Source of the DNA: Macrostomum lignano | Lineage: Eukaryota | Length of the DNA stretch: 64,000 bases | Direction of reading: 5' to 3' | NCBI GenBank assembly: GCA_002269645.1 | Contig: NIVC01002036.1 | Coordinates: forward strand, 1-64,000 | In this document: piece after piece, positions 21,418 through 39,384 of the stretch | How the letters are laid out: each line of letters begins with the position of its first letter | How positions within the stretch are numbered: position 1 is the first letter of the stretch | Position numbers and translations under genes: made by a program | The notes under the pieces: generated by a model | What the model saw: only the letters and a program-made list of their open reading frames with translations | Told to the model about the DNA's origin: nothing | Database searches by the model: none

Positions 21418-24205
21418 GAAAAAGAGTGGACTATATGAAATTTTAGCCTGTTTAGCGTGTCCGAACTCTGCCAGAGCCGGCCGGTTCAATCCTCGTTTGT
21501 CTTTCGATTCAATTACTAAACATTTTGCCACCTGTTCGTGAATCGATGTAGTTCTTTATCGCAATTTCTTTTCTCTGATAGCAAAATGTCTAATTTTCTT
21601 TTTTTAATATCAAATGCTAGGCCTTTTCCAAGTTTATCAACCTGCACAGTGGTCAGAGTCCATGCCTATAGTTAGAAACTTGATTCCTGTTTTTGCTTAG
21701 TGTTTCTAGCTTAACGTAAATAAATTTTGTGGTTTTTCATACTGACTCTGACCGTAACTAACAGGCACTCTTAAATCAAAACTAAAGTAAGCATTGCGCA
21801 TCCTGTGTTTAGTAAGTTCCGCTTGTTCAATTGTAATACAAGGCTTACACAAATTCCGCGGTTTTTCCTGACATTTATTAGGCACACGCACTTCTGCAGT
21901 GCCTTGTACTTTTATATTCTACGAGTAATAAAACGATTACCCAACCATTGCTCGCGATTAAGACCACATAGATAATAGTTTGAATAGAAATACAATATAA
22001 AAATTATTTTCAGTCATGAATGCTAATGCTTCGCGTGGAATTTCTGGCTAGCATACGAATGACGGGTTATGATTCAAATTTAGAAAGTTCTGTATCCTTT
22101 CGTGTCGTTAAGAGTTTAATTTAGAGAAGTATACTCAGTTACAATGTTTATTTATCTCTTTGTGATAATTACAATACTCAATGGCTTCTGCAAGGACATG
22201 AAATGCGTACTATATATTAAACAGATTTTAATTATACTTTCGAGTATTGTTCATATTACAGATCTCCTCCTCGTGGAAAGTGTTTTACTGACAACTCTAT
22301 GAGGCCTGCTATGCTGCGCAGAAACTACTAAAGGTGGCTTGAACTTCCAGAAGCATATTACGGGAAGACAGCAAGAACAAAATACACCGTTAGCTGGTCT
22401 TACATGTATCAACAATGGCAGCATTTCAGGGCACGTAAGGGGAGCGAACATTGCCGACGAATCCGGGAAACTGAACAAATCTAAAAGACCTGAACTTTCG
22501 GGTCGTGATTAGGGAACACGAAATCCCAGAGTTTTTGCCAATCCAGGGATTCTCAGGATCGGGATATCCCGGACTTTGCCAATCCTGGGAATCTTTGTTG
22601 GTGCAATTTTAGTTTATGAAGTCATCTAATCTGATTGTTAAGGGCTTTTAATAAAAGTAGAACAGAATAAAATATTTTGCGAACAAGAAGCTGACAGTGA
22701 GCTCTGAATTGGTGCGTGATGTACGGGCTGACGGAATAGATGTGCTTTCTTACATGCCGCAGTATCAGCTCAGGAAAATCACACTTGACTGTGATGTAAC
22801 CTGGGGAATGATAGCTTTACGCTCGTGCAGAGCTATGGCCCGAGGTACTGATACCAAGTTTGGAAAGGGGATTAGACCTCACCCGCCCTTAGATGGTGCA
22901 TGGAGCATTGGTAGCTTTGGTTGTGGTCCGATAGCAATGTCCCACTGTTCTGATCCCAACTACGACCAAAAGAGTTTTGAAGGTAGGGACTGCTTAATAA
23001 AAGTAGTTGTACATTCTTACACCTTAGATCTCATCACGATCTGCTGACAGCTTCTGTTTTGTATCCTTCTACTCACTAGCCTGCATGCTTAAACGATTAA
23101 TAAATCGAAGCGTGATAACTGGGTTATGATTTTCACCTGACAATTGTACTTCAGTATCTCAGCTGCAGGTTTACTACTCGAGAATGAATATGATTTAATC
23201 CCACAAGCAGGATTAACAAGAAGGAACAGCGATCGATTTTTATCAAAGATTCTCGTTTTTCATTGAGTAGCTCCGCAAATAAACGACGCTACATGATATA
23301 CATGTAAATATTCATCCCTTGTACATGTAACGTGTACTAGCTGGTTTGCTCTCAGCACAGATGGTTATTCTATTATAAGTGGCCCCTCAGAGGCCGCGAC
23401 AAGTCATTTGTTGTCATTAATGCTAAAATTAATCTTCCCCAGCATCCGACCATATACGTACGTGGCCTGTGGGCGTAGATGTACACCAGAATTACAAAAT
23501 CACTAGCATTCATCTTTCAGCATCTGTTATATTGTGGGCATGCACGTATACATAAGTCAATTGAGTATATATTAGATTTTGATACAAATTCTTCCTTATC
23601 CTTACTAGTTATTTATCGATTCGAAAAAAGAAGAAGAAAGAATTTTTTTATTTAAAATAGTCCTACGCAGCGCTTAGTCTACAAACATTTGTTTTATTTT
23701 ACAAATCATTTCCGCTCCAGAGGGCTCTCTAATCTCAGTTCTCAGCTGATTTTTAAACTACACGTACAGCCAGACTTCAAATTCAAATAAAAAAGCCAAC
23801 CAGTTCTAGTATTAATTCTCATGTCAGATTGTTATAAGCGCGGACAGTTTTGCTATTCTTAACTTTCATCATAGTTCATCAGTAACTAACACAAACAGGA
23901 ACAGCCTTTAATTTCCAAAGTTTTTAATTCTCATTCTCAAATCTTGTAAAAAAAATTGAAACTCGTACACCAACATTATCAATAATAAAAAGCTGAATAG
24001 CTTGACCTGTAACTAATGTATCTTGACTTGGACTAATTGCCATAACACATCGTACATACTACATAGTATTGGCCTACATCTAGGTATTGTGACTGTTATT
24101 TGTAGCTGCTAGGCCTAGGCTATTACAAAGATTGATTTTTTCTGTAGGCCTACTTTTTTTCTTAACTCTATCTTTGTTTGAAGGTCTAGGAATCTGCTTA
24201 ACAAC

Positions 24206-27200
24206 ATGTCTAGCGGTTTGAAAGCTTTAAAGGAAGAAATTGACCAACTGAAGAATGCTTTTCCTAAGAACCATAGTGTATTTAGAGTTTCATCAGCCAA
24301 CCTCGATGAAGTGACTTGCAAGTTTATTTTGAAATCACAATCATTTGAATTGATTGCAACTATAATGGTAAGTTGATATGTTGCATAAGAGATTATATTA
24401 TTATATATTAGCCCTAAGGCCTGCATTTTTATAATTTGAATGGGCCTAGCCTTAGGCTGAGTTTTTATATAGGCCTAATGGCTGAGTCTAATCTAGGAAC
24501 AAGGCTTAGGCCCCTATATATAAAATATAAATGATGTATAAATATTGCCTAGGCTATATTTTTTAATTTTTTTTTTCCATTTTTAGATTAGATCATGTTT
24601 GGATATAACTACGTCATTTTTTTATTGTTGATTTATTTGCTAGAGCCTAGAGGCCCACGCTAGGATAGGCCTAAGTATCTAGATAGTTTATCTGTTGTGT
24701 CCAATGAAAACAATACACAGCAATGAAGAAATGAAGAATATTGGTGCAAAGAGTAGTATTTTCTACAAATAAGCATCCATTTTTACTATTTAGTACTACT
24801 TTTATTAAGATAATAAATATGGATTTATCTTAAGTTTTTAATAGTGTTCTGCTATAAGGAGGGTCCATGTACCGTAGCTGTAGCTATAAACAAAACTATG
24901 GCTTACTCCAATTCTCTGTATTCCATAGCCATAGGGACCCCGAAATTACCATATTCCTGTAGTTCCCATAGCCATAGCCGTAGTTTTAAAAGTAAAGGAA
25001 ACACTTAATTGTCTTTGTAAGATTATATTCTGTCTTTTTTAAAGCAACAATACTTAATTGCTACTTAAAGTACTAATGCTAAACTTTTTCACATTAATAA
25101 AAATTAGAGTTTGCTAGTGTTTTATTGTACTTTTTTAGGTATATTTTATAAGTTTCTAGGTTGACAATACAGTTTACTAAAAGTATCTTTGTTTTACTCT
25201 ACCTGTTTCTAATATTTTTTTAATTTTTAACATTAATAACTCCATAGTCGTAGCCATAAGAGCAGTTAGCTACTATAGGCATATCCGTAGCTGCCATAGA
25301 CACCTATTTTACCATATTTGCTGTAGGATCCCATAGCTATAGCTATGGCTACGGTGGAACACAAGTTTTTAATGTATATTTTGGTAGAAATTTCATACAA
25401 AAGAAAGAGGTTCATATAGTTTCTTTGTGCGTTTTTTATAATTGTAGCACTATATAGTGCAATGAATTGAAATCCAAAGCATTTCCAAAGATTGTGTTAC
25501 AAAATGTTTTTTAAACTAGGTCTAAATAAATTTAAACAGACAACAATTAAATTAGTTAATGTGTAAACAAACTATGACAGTTTTTACCTTTGCTTTGAAT
25601 ATTGGTGCCTAAATTATGCATGAATCAATTAATTAATCATGTCATATATAGTCGCATTTTGGGCCAAAAACTACGTCGCATTTTGTTAAAACTAAGTCAC
25701 ATGTGCGACCGAATTTTGAAGGTTGCGCATCTATGTGTGCATCTATATATTACTATTAGATATAATAAAACTAAAGATAAAAAGATTGAATGAATATAAG
25801 TATTAACTATTTATAATACATGTAACTGTTAATAAGCAATATGTATTAATATTATTATAGTGTAGTAGCATATCAAAATCATAACTTCTTATTAAAGTTT
25901 TGCCATAACAAAATTAGGATTCTATATGAATTTAATATCATCATTCTAAATTTTTAGGCATAAGACATGTAAAATTGTATGTAGGATATAATCTGAATAT
26001 CAATATAGCTATAGGAAAGGCAAGAGATATCAAAAGATAAACATTAGATCTGCCTCCCACCAGAAGTAGTGACAATTTTTATGCTGGAAAAATGAAAACT
26101 TTCTAACTATGTAATGTATTTTTTGGTAGAACCAGCCTCCTAAAATTTTCCTAGAAATTTAGTTTAGTGTCCTACTTGAGTAGTCTTTGGGTAGAACATG
26201 ATCCTGATCCCACCCAAACTCGAATAATTCCATCCTATCTGACATCGAATTAGGACACAATTAATCGCAAAAAGCAGAAATCTATGTTTTATCGAACTCA
26301 GTTTGCATACTTTTGCTGACCCGAATCTGTCCCATTTGATCAGGAAAACTATCCCCGAGTGGCGCCGCTCTGGTTCTCAGACTCGGACAATCAGCTGGTC
26401 ACCTCGGCTCTGTCCGACCTGCAGGACTGCCCGGCCACTCCCGCCGGCTCCCGCGGCCTCCTCCTGCTGCAGGCCTGCCAGCTGCTTGAAACTCTCTGCC
26501 GCACCTTCGGCCTCCCCGTCCCCGCTGAAGTCCCCGCCCTGCGGGCCGCCGCCTCCGCCGCCGCGGCTGCCGCTGCTGGAGCCGCCGCCGCTGCCGCCGC
26601 AGTGGCCATGTCCGATGAGGAAGACACCGGGTTCGAGGACTTCGATGATGACCAGCAGGTGCGGCTTAGCTGAATGTGTTGCTGGCCTCAGCTGGGGCTC
26701 CAGCCTCCCAGATTTTCAGTTGCTGGGCCAGCCTCCCAAATCCTGAGTTGCTGGGCCAGCCTCCAAGAGTGTCAGTTGCTGGGCCAGCCTCCAAGAGTGT
26801 CAGTTGCTGGGCCAGCCTCCAAGAGTGTCAGTTGCTGGGCCAGCCTCCAAGAGTGTCAGTTGCTGGGCCAGCCTCCAAGAGTGTCAGTTGCTGGGCCAGC
26901 CTCCCAGAGTGTCAGTTGCTGGGCCAGCCTCCCAGATCCTCAGTTGCTGGGCCAGCCTCCCAGATCCTCAGTTTCATTTCCACTTTCCCACCCGCGCCCT
27001 TGCAGGTTGCCCCGTCCGGCTCCGACTCTGGCCACGGCTCGTCGGCAGCCTCGGCCGCCACCGCAGGCGGCGCCGCTGCAGCCGGCGACGCCAACGCGGC
27101 CGACGAGGACCTGTCCGTGCCCGCCGAGTTCGCTGGCATCGAGTCGCGCGCCCACATCGATCAGCTCAGGCGGCTCCGCTCTGCCCAGCGGGATATGTAC

Positions 27201-28971
27201 CTGCGCCGCTCCGTGTCCTCGCCCGGCAACCAGAGCCCCGCCGCCTCCCCGGCTGCCGGCAACGCCGCCGCTTCGGCGAATCCGTCGCCAACTCCGGGCG
27301 CCTCGGTGCAGGCTACGGACCGGTTGATGAAAGAGCTGAAGGAGCTGTACAAGTGAGCACCGCTTGAAGCACCCGGCTTGATACATTCTTGCAGCTGTTG
27401 GGAGTAAGGCTCTAGACCCCGTGTTTCCTTTCCGCTGTGTGGCTGAGGGCACTTGATCCCCCTCTCATTTCCTTGCCTGAGCTTGGCGGTATGAGGCACT
27501 TGACCGGCTTGAGCTGTTTTTGAGGGGGGCACGTGACCTCCTTTAGTTGTTTTTGGGGACACTTGACCTCCTTCAGTTGTTTTTTTAAGTGCATTTGACC
27601 TTGAGCTGTTTTTAGAGGGCACTTGACCTCCTTCAGCTATTTTTTGGGGCACTTGACCCCCTTCAGTTGTTTTTGGGGGCTCTTGACCTTCTTTAGTTGT
27701 TTTTGGGGGCATTTGACCTTCTTTAGCTGTTTTTAGAGGGCACTTGACCTCCTTCAGTTGTTTTTGGGGGCACTTGACCTTCTTGAGTTGTTTTTGGGGG
27801 AACTTGACCTTCTTGAGCTGTTTTTAGAGGGCACTTGACCTCCTTCAGCTATTTTTTGGGGCACTTGACCCCCTTCAGTTGTTTTTGGGGGCTCTTGACC
27901 TTTAGTTGTTTTTGGGGGCATTTGACCTTCTTTAGCTGTTTTTAGAGGGCACTTGACCTCCTTCAGTTGTTTTGGGGGCACTTGACCTTCTTGAGTTGTT
28001 TTTGGGGGAACTTGACCTTCTTGAGCTGTTTTTAGAGGGCACTTGACCTCCTTCAGCTATTTTTGGGGGCACTTGACCTCCTTCAGTTGTTTTTGGGGGG
28101 CTCTTGACCTTCTTGAGTTGTTTTTGGGGGAACTTGACCTTCTTGAGCTGTTTTTAGGGGGCACTTGACCTCCTTGAGCTGTTTTCGGGGGCACTTGACC
28201 TCCTTGAGCTGTTTTCGGGGGCACTTGACCCTCTTGAGCTGTTTTTAGAGGGCACTTGACCTCCTTCAGCTATTTTTGGGGGCACTTGACCTCCTTCAGT
28301 TGTTTTTGGGGGGCTCTTGACCTTCTTGAGTTGTTTTTGGGGGAACTTGACCTTCTTGAGCTGTTTTTAGGGGGCACTTGACCTCCTTGAGCTGTTTTCG
28401 GGGGCACTTACGAGCTAACCCCCATTCTACGCGATTCACTGTGGTGTTCAACCCACCGAACGCCCAATCCCAATGCAGATCCCAGCACCTGAAGTCCGGC
28501 GTATTCTCAGTGGAGCTGGTGAACGACAGTCTATACGAGTGGCAGGTCCGGCTGCACCGGGTTGACCCCGACAGCCCGCTGCAGCGGGACATCGAGCAGC
28601 TGGCACAGCAGCAGCAGCAGGCAGGCCAGCAGGCTGTAGGCATCACCCTGGGCTTCTACTTCAAGGACACTTTCCCGTTCGAGCCGCCGTTTGTCCGCGT
28701 GATCAGCCCCGTGCTCAATAACGGCTACGTGCTGCAGGGCGGCGCCATCTGCATGGAGGTTCTCACCAGGCAGGGCTGGTCGTCTGCCTACAGCATTGAG
28801 TCGCTGATCATGCAGATCTCGGCCACCCTGGTCAAGGGCAAGGCCAGAATTGAGTTCTCGGCCAGCAGCCGGTCCACCTACACCATGGCGAGGGCGCAGC
28901 ACAGCTACCGGGCGCTGGTCAATATTCACGAGAAGAAGGGCTGGTACACACCGCCCAAGGCTGATGGCTGA
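24206..28971 (+). CDS. UBE2Q: Ubiquitin-conjugating enzyme E2 Q; exons 24206-24367, 26344-26658, 27006-27352, 28479-28971; ~438 aa
   Basis: RWD-like N-terminus [23 protein letters not shown]...[11 protein letters not shown]; [12 protein letters not shown]; UBC domain [13 protein letters not shown]...[10 protein letters not shown] (catalytic Cys); C-terminus [10 protein letters not shown]. All introns GT-AG with matching phases (0,0,2). Confidence 0.93.
26680..26970. repeat. 28-bp minisatellite filling UBE2Q intron 2
   Basis: Unit TGGGCCAGCCTCCAAGAGTGTCAGTTGC. Confidence 0.9.
27490..28410. repeat. ~30-bp minisatellite filling UBE2Q intron 3
   Basis: Unit ~GGGGCACTTGACCTCCTTCAGTTGTTTTT. Confidence 0.9.
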
Positions 28972-29104
28972 CGGATTGAATGTGCGATTAATTTCACCTG
29001 TGACCTTTGAGTTCCTGGCGCGATGAAGGCTGTCTCAGAATCCGCCTTGTCTTTAGTCATAGTAATAACTGTGGCAGCAGTAGGTCCGGTCTTGACCATA
29101 GACA

Positions 29105-29600
29105 GAGGGGGGGAGAGGGGGTGAGGGAGAGAGGTTGTTGAGGGGGAGACAGGGGGTGAGGGAGACAGAGGTTGTTGAGGGGGAGACAGGGGGTGAGGGA
29201 GACAGAGGTTGTTGAGGGAGAGAGAAGGGGTGAGGGAGAGAGGGGGTGAGGGAGAGAGGTTGTTGAGGGGGAGAGAAGGGGTGAGGGAGAGAGAGGTTGT
29301 TGAGGGGGAGAGAAGGGGTGAGGGAGAGAGGTTGTTGAGGGGGAGAGAAGGGGTGAGGGAGAGAGGTTGTTGAGGGGGAGAGAAGGGGTGAGGGAGAGAG
29401 AGGTTGTTGAGGGGGAGAGAAGGGGTGAGGGAGAGAGGTTGTTGAGGGGGAGAGAAGGGGTGAGGGAGAGAGGTTGTTGAGGGGGAGAGAAGGGGTGAGG
29501 GAGAGAGGTTGTTGAGATGGAGACAGGGGGTGAGGGAGACAGAGGTTGTTGAGGGGTGAGAGGGGGGTGAAGGAGAGAGAGGGGGTGAGGGAGAGAGATG
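29105..29600. repeat. 35-bp purine-rich minisatellite
   Basis: Period 35 (29341 to 29376). Confidence 0.9.
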
Positions 29601-30477
29601 CTGGTGTCTATGGTCCAATTATCAACTTGGTTGCCATTTCTCCTGATTGTCTACTGTCTATGTATAGTGTGATCAAAATTGAACTAAAAATAGCCACTCG
29701 CAAGTGTCTATGGCAAAAGCCCTGAACTAGTCAGAGCCCATATGGCCGTCAATCCAATCCATCAATCATCGCATAGGCCTGCTTCTGAGATGCCCTCTTC
29801 AGCCTCTTGTAGGTCATGCGCTCTGCATGTATCCTTATCTATCCGAGCATATGAATTGGAATTAAAAAATTGTTAATAATAAATTTATCGAGCGTGCAAT
29901 TTTTATTTGAAATATTAATCTTATTATTATCATTATAATCCTATTGTAACTCTGCGTTATTAATGTCGCATTTTTGTCTCTGTGCGTCAAGTTTCCGTTA
30001 CAATTCCAGCATCGAAATTGCGCCTCATCATCTGGGCTCGAGCATCTGAACTGAACTCTCCGACTGTTTGCCAGAGTTTTGTTAACTTGCTGATAGTACT
30101 ACTGTTTCACTTTGTTTAGTAAGTAGTATGCGCTGCTTAGAGTTCGCTGTATAATTAAACAAAAATGATCTCTTTTCAAAAGGCATCAATCAATAACTGC
30201 TCTGTCTTTCTGACCGTCGGGAATGATTTATTATTATTATAATTGTTATTATTATTATTATTATTATTCGTGACTTTTAGTGACTTTTCAGCAAGAATAA
30301 TCTTGCAGTTATAGCGTGACTCCCCAGTTGTTTTTTACTTCCACCGGCCCTGGTTTTTTTATTGAAGTTTTTTTCTCCTTTGTCCATCCTTGCTGACTGT
30401 TCACAGCCCAGATTTATTGCGCTCAGTGATTTCTTCTCTTTGTTTTCTGTGTTGTATAAAATAGTACTCAAATTTTA

Positions 30478-30640
30478 CCTGTCTGTCAGCCTGTGTCTCA
30501 TGTCTGTCTGTCTGTCTGTCTGTCTACATGTCTGTCTGTCCGTCTGTCTGTCTACATGTCTGTCTGTCCGTCTGTCTGTCTACATGTCTGTCTGTCCGTC
30601 TGTCTGTCTACATGTCTGTCTGTCTGTCTGTCTGTCTACA

Positions 30641-30673
<33 letters not shown>

Positions 30674-30716
30674 GCATGTCTGTCTGTCTGTCTGTCTGTC
30701 TGCATGTCTGTCTGCA

Positions 30717-30750
<34 letters not shown>

Positions 30751-30765
30751 CATGTCTGTCTGTCC

Positions 30766-30802
<37 letters not shown>

Positions 30803-30888
30803 CATGTCTGTCTGTCCGTCTGTCTGTCTACATGTCTGTCTGTCCGTCTGTCTGTCTACATGTCTGTCTGTCTGTCTGTCTGTCTACA

Positions 30889-30921
<33 letters not shown>

Positions 30922-30924
30922 GCA

Positions 30925-30961
<37 letters not shown>

Positions 30962-30976
30962 GCATGTCTGTCTGCA

Positions 30977-31018
<42 letters not shown>

Positions 31019-31124
31019 CATGTCTGTCTGTCTGTCTGTCTGCATGTCTGTCTGCATGTCTGTCTGTCTGTCTGTCTGTCTGCATGTCTGTCTGTCTGTC
31101 TGTCTGTCTGCATGTCTGTCTGCA

Positions 31125-31169
<45 letters not shown>

Positions 31170-31236
31170 GCATGTCTGTCTGCATGTCTGTCTGTCTGTC
31201 TGTCTGTCTGCATGTCTGTCTGTCTGTCTGTCTGCA

Positions 31237-31282
<46 letters not shown>

Positions 31283-31312
31283 CATGTCTGTCTGTCTGCA
31301 TGTCTGTCTGCA

Positions 31313-31357
<45 letters not shown>

Positions 31358-31372
31358 GCATGTCTGTCTGCA

Positions 31373-31437
<65 letters not shown>

Positions 31438-31590
31438 GCATGTCTGTCTGTCTGTCTGTCTGTCTGCATGTCTGTCTGTCTGTCTGTCTGTCTGCATGTC
31501 TGTCTGCATGTCTGTCTGTCTGTCTGTCTGTCTGCATGTCTGTCTGCATGTCTGTCTGTCTGTCTGTCTGCATATCTTTCTGTCTGTCTC
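30478..31590. repeat. (GTCT)n microsatellite with ACAT/GCAT interruptions
   Basis: Direct inspection. Confidence 0.95.
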
Positions 31591-32186
31591 CTGTTCCATA
31601 TGCTGCTAATGCTGGTTCACTCTCTCAAATCAACTGTACCTGCTTGCACTGGCGCAACTCGTGTCTATTTATGTAAATATATTTATGTTCATTATTGGCC
31701 AACACGTAGTCAGCTGATCAGTGTTAAACCGAAAACTCAAGACTCAAGACTGAAGCCCACTCATATTCGAGCATAAGTTTGTGTTCATCATTGCAGAATG
31801 TCTATCCAGCCTGCTCAATGCGGTTCTTTTATCCTCCCATAATCCTGCACTTGCTGATTTGTACGCCCTGCAAATACTGTGTGTTAATAGTGCGCTGACG
31901 CTCGCTGGTTACTTAATTTACTTCTTATTAGTAAGAATATCATCTCCTGTAAATATAATCAAATTAAGTTCTTTTGCGGAGAGGTAAGTAGGTCAAATAT
32001 ATTAACAAAAAATATATCAAATAATCAAAACATGCCGGATCGCTGTTTTATTTCGTCAACTCTGTGTGTCGGACTGGCGCTTTTATTCGCAAATTGACTT
32101 GCTTCAGTGCTTTTGTATTGCTTTCACTTTTATTTTGCATCATCTGCAGTTCCATATGGTTGCTGAGTAGCGCTTGCGGCATTCAT

Positions 32187-32380
32187 GGGCCGTATGCAGA
32201 AAGCTCTGTCTAGGGTAGTCCGGTCTTGAAAAGCTAGTCTGGACTTCGATTTGGTATGCAGAAACGCAAAGTTAGACCGGTCCACTATAGACAGAACTAG
32301 GGTAGCTGGACCATAGACTATAGACTGAACTAACTAAGTCCGGACTAGCTAGTCTGGACTAAGCTTTCTGCATACGGCCC
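32187..32380. mobile_element. MITE, ~194 bp, PIF/Harbinger-like GGGCC ends
   Basis: GGGCCGTATGCAGAAAGCT ... AGCTTTCTGCATACGGCCC, 19-bp perfect TIR; TSD unclear. Confidence 0.75.
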
Positions 32381-32529
32381 AATACTTGGCTGGAACGGTT
32401 AGATATATGAATCAAAAAGCAAATTAACTTGGTAACAACATTTCTAGGAATTAAAACTGCAATTGAAGAAGTTTTCCACTCAAATATAGCTTATTTCGTA
32501 CAGTATAACAGTAAACTAGAGACTATGAA

Positions 32530-32960
32530 GTGAGAGGGGCGCCATTTCATTTGAGAGGGGGCGCTATTTTATTTGAGAAGGGGCGTCATTTCATTTGCGA
32601 GGTAGCGCCATTTCATCTGGCAAGGGGCGCCATTTCATTTAAGAGGGGGCGCCATTGCATTTGAGAGGGGCGCCATTTTATTTGAGAGGGAGCGCCATTT
32701 ATCTGGTGAGGGGCGCCATTTTATTTGAGAGGGAGTGGCGTTTCATTTGAGAGGGAGTGCCGTTTCATTTGAGAGGGGGCGCCATTTCATTTGAGAGGGG
32801 GCGCCGTTTCATTTGAGAGGGAGCGCCATTGCATTTGAGAGGGGGCGCCATTTTATTTGAGAGGGGCGCCATTTTATATGCGAGGGGGCGCTATATTTCA
32901 TTTGCGAGGGGCGCCATTTCATTTGAGATGGGGCGTCATTTCATTTGAGAGGGGGCGCCA
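32530..32960. repeat. 22-bp minisatellite (GAGAGGGGGCGCCATTTCATTT)
   Basis: Period 22 (32771, 32793, 32815). Confidence 0.9.
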
Positions 32961-33180
32961 GCACAAGTGGACGCATAAACTCGTACTTCTATTTGGGGCA
33001 CCCGTGCAAGCGAACTGAAGTGCTTAAAAACACATTTTAAGTTGACAGAATAAAAATCCTTTGAAAAAACAAATTTACAAATGAAAACAAAACCTCTAAG
33101 CTTTTTCATGAGCTCTCGGACGGAAATGTTACAACTGAAAATTTGAGCTGCATTTTGCGAGCTGTGCAGGACCTCGGAAC

Positions 33181-36904
<3,724 letters not shown>

Positions 36905-37054
36905 GATCGGAGGGGCTCGAGCAGCCGACCAGCGCTTGGTCAGGAACTGCTTTGGATTGGTTTGGCCTTGAGATGTGCGCCTTAGCGGTATTAAATAAAA
37001 AATGAATGCCTCAGCCAGCCAATCAGGGATGAGAAAAGAAATGACGGACTTTGA

Positions 37055-37119
<65 letters not shown>

Positions 37120-37519
37120 AGCACTAAGTCTGGTATTGAATTTCTGACTTCACTTTGCCACATGGAAGTTGGAAGTGCCCGCGTCCCACGCAGAGCAGGG
37201 AGAATGCAATCCTGATCCCCAGCCTCGATCCTAATGGACCTAATCTGCTTGCCATTGTACTGCATTGCCTTTAGCTAAGATTGGGATTTCCTTAAAGTAG
37301 AAAGTATCCGCTTACCGTATCCCTGGAGACGATGAATTGGGAGTTGGACTCAACTGGAAATGTTTGTGTCGCGAACAGAAATTCTTTATTGATTGGGTAA
37401 ATTGCCTTCGTTATAAATCTCGTAAGCTGGGATGCAAAGGCGTTGCCAGGGAAGATGGTTTGAGTAAATGCAGAGTCACAATCGCTTAACTTCATTAATC
37501 CGCGTTTTAGTGGCGCGTA

Positions 37520-38139
37520 CCACAATATGTATCAGCAGTGCCACAATCTGTATCAGCAGTGCCACAATCTGTATCAGCAGTGCCACAATCTATATCAGCA
37601 GTGCCACAATGTGTATCAGCAGTGCCACAATGTGTATCAACAGTGCCACAATGTGTATCAGCAGTGCCACAATGTGTATCAACAGTGCCACAATGTGTAT
37701 CAACAGTGCCACAATCTGTATCAGCAGTGCCACAATGTGTATCAGCAGTGCCACAATCTGTATCAGCAGTGCCACAATCTGTATCAGCAGTGCCACAATC
37801 TATATCAGCAGTGCCACAATGTGTATCAGCAGTGCCACAATGTGTATCAACAGTGCCACAATGTGTATCAGCAGTGCCACAATGTGTATCAACAGTGCCA
37901 CAATGTGTATCAACAGTGCCACAATGTGTATCAACAGTGCCACAATGTGTATCAGCAGTGCCACAACCTGTATCAGCAGTGCCACAATCTGTATCAGCAG
38001 TGCCACAATGTGTATCAGCAGCGCCACAATGTGTATCAGCAGTGCCACAATGTGTATCAACAGTGCCACAATGTGTATCAGCAGTGCCACAATGTGTATC
38101 AGCAGTGCCACAATCTGTATCAGCAGTGCCACAATCTGT
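37520..38139. repeat. 21-bp minisatellite (GTATCAGCAGTGCCACAATGT)
   Basis: Period of 7 codons. Confidence 0.95.
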
Positions 38140-38574
38140 AAAGAAAGGTGAAGCAAGGCAAAGAGCATGAGCTACTGAACTCAGTAGTATCGCAAGAAAC
38201 CGGTCCAGCAAACGATTCAGATTGCGACAGAGTTCGACTTACTAACCTGCGAGAACCGGATTTACCCAGCCCCTTCTCTCTCTTCCGCATTCTCCTCCTT
38301 TCTTCCCAATCCCTCCTATGACTGCCGGGGCCTCACCTGTGCACCGGCGGCACATTGTACTGATCCCCCGTGCTCACACGGACTTTCCAGCTCAGCGCTA
38401 AAGCCACTGCAACAATATTTTACAAAGCCATTTTTTCAAGTTTCACGATAAGCTTGTCAATTGCATTCTGTGGCAGTTGCAATTTTACAATGCAAATTAT
38501 GCATTTTACACCTCTGTAATTAGCTTGAATTCCGACTAAAACAGCTTGCAGGCAGCGAGTACCCGCCTATGAGA

Positions 38575-39015
38575 TTTTGAGGTGTGACAGTTTGGGGTGT
38601 GAGATTCTAAGGTATGATATTCTGAGGTTGAGATTCTGGGGTATGAGATTCTGGGGTATGAGATTCTGAGGTTGAGATTCTGGGGTATGAGATTCTGGGG
38701 TATGAGATTCTGAGGTTGAGATTCTGGGGTGTGAGATTCTCAGGCTGTGAGATTCTGAGATTCTGTTGCTGAGGCTATGCTGATTTTCACTTTTATATTC
38801 CTTTGCCTTCTAAAGCGTGCTACCTTACCTCAATTTTATGAGATTCTTGTGTATGAGATTCTGGGGTATGGGATTCTGGGGTATAGGATTCTGGGGTATG
38901 GGATTATGGGGTATGAGATTCTCGGGTATGAGATTCTGAGGTATGGGATTATGGGGTATGAGATTCTCGGGTATGAGATTCTTTTGTATGAGATTCTTGG
39001 GTATGAGATTCACAG
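38575..39015. repeat. 15-bp repeat (GAGATTCTGGGGTAT) in two blocks
   Basis: Direct inspection. Confidence 0.85.
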
Positions 39016-39023
39016 GCTGTGAG

Positions 39024-39291
39024 ATGCTGAAGTGCTCTGTGTACCAGTTTGGCATGGCTGCTCTAGCGATGCTAACTCTCTGGGTCGATAATCCATCAAC
39101 CATAATTAACTGAAAGCCTGTATGAACCCCCGCTGCGCGCAGTCGTCAAAGCCGCCGACCTCGCCGGCCGCTCCTCGAGCCCCTGCCTGGCCGGAGTCCA
39201 CGGAGGCTGAGAAGTCGGCCGCCCTGGTCATGGTTGGCTGCCTGCTTGCCGCTATGGTGCTGCTCACCCTGGCTTACGCGGTCTATCAAAG
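39024..39291 (+). CDS. Possible small single-pass membrane protein, partial (exons 39024-39083 and 39143-39291; continues past the LINE array)
   Basis: Signal-like MLKCSVYQFGMAALAMLTLW, Pro/Ser stalk, TM AALVMVGCLLAAMVLLTLAYAVY, donor AG|GTACGC. The first donor (GTCGAT) is weak. Confidence 0.35.
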
Positions 39292-39384
39292 GTACGCCTG
39301 CAAGGTGTCCAGGCGGCAGAAAAAGGTAAAGACCTTCCGGCTTTGGATCGCTAATTCACAAGGCACAGCGTGCTGCGGTGCACT

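Noticed and set aside
20296-21531. ORFs with EWSEAL / VPHSTLS repeats
   Set aside because: Minisatellite translations downstream of the ETS stop.
22697-23047. 116-aa ORF
   Set aside because: Non-ATG start, no homology recognised, no clear splice signals.
30362-31776. CLSV/QTDR repeat ORFs (also 36038-36811)
   Set aside because: (GTCT)n microsatellite.
37468-38211. YQQCHN / ISSAT repeat ORFs resembling adhesive or antifreeze proteins
   Set aside because: A 21-bp repeat open in almost all frames on both strands, which points to a non-coding satellite.
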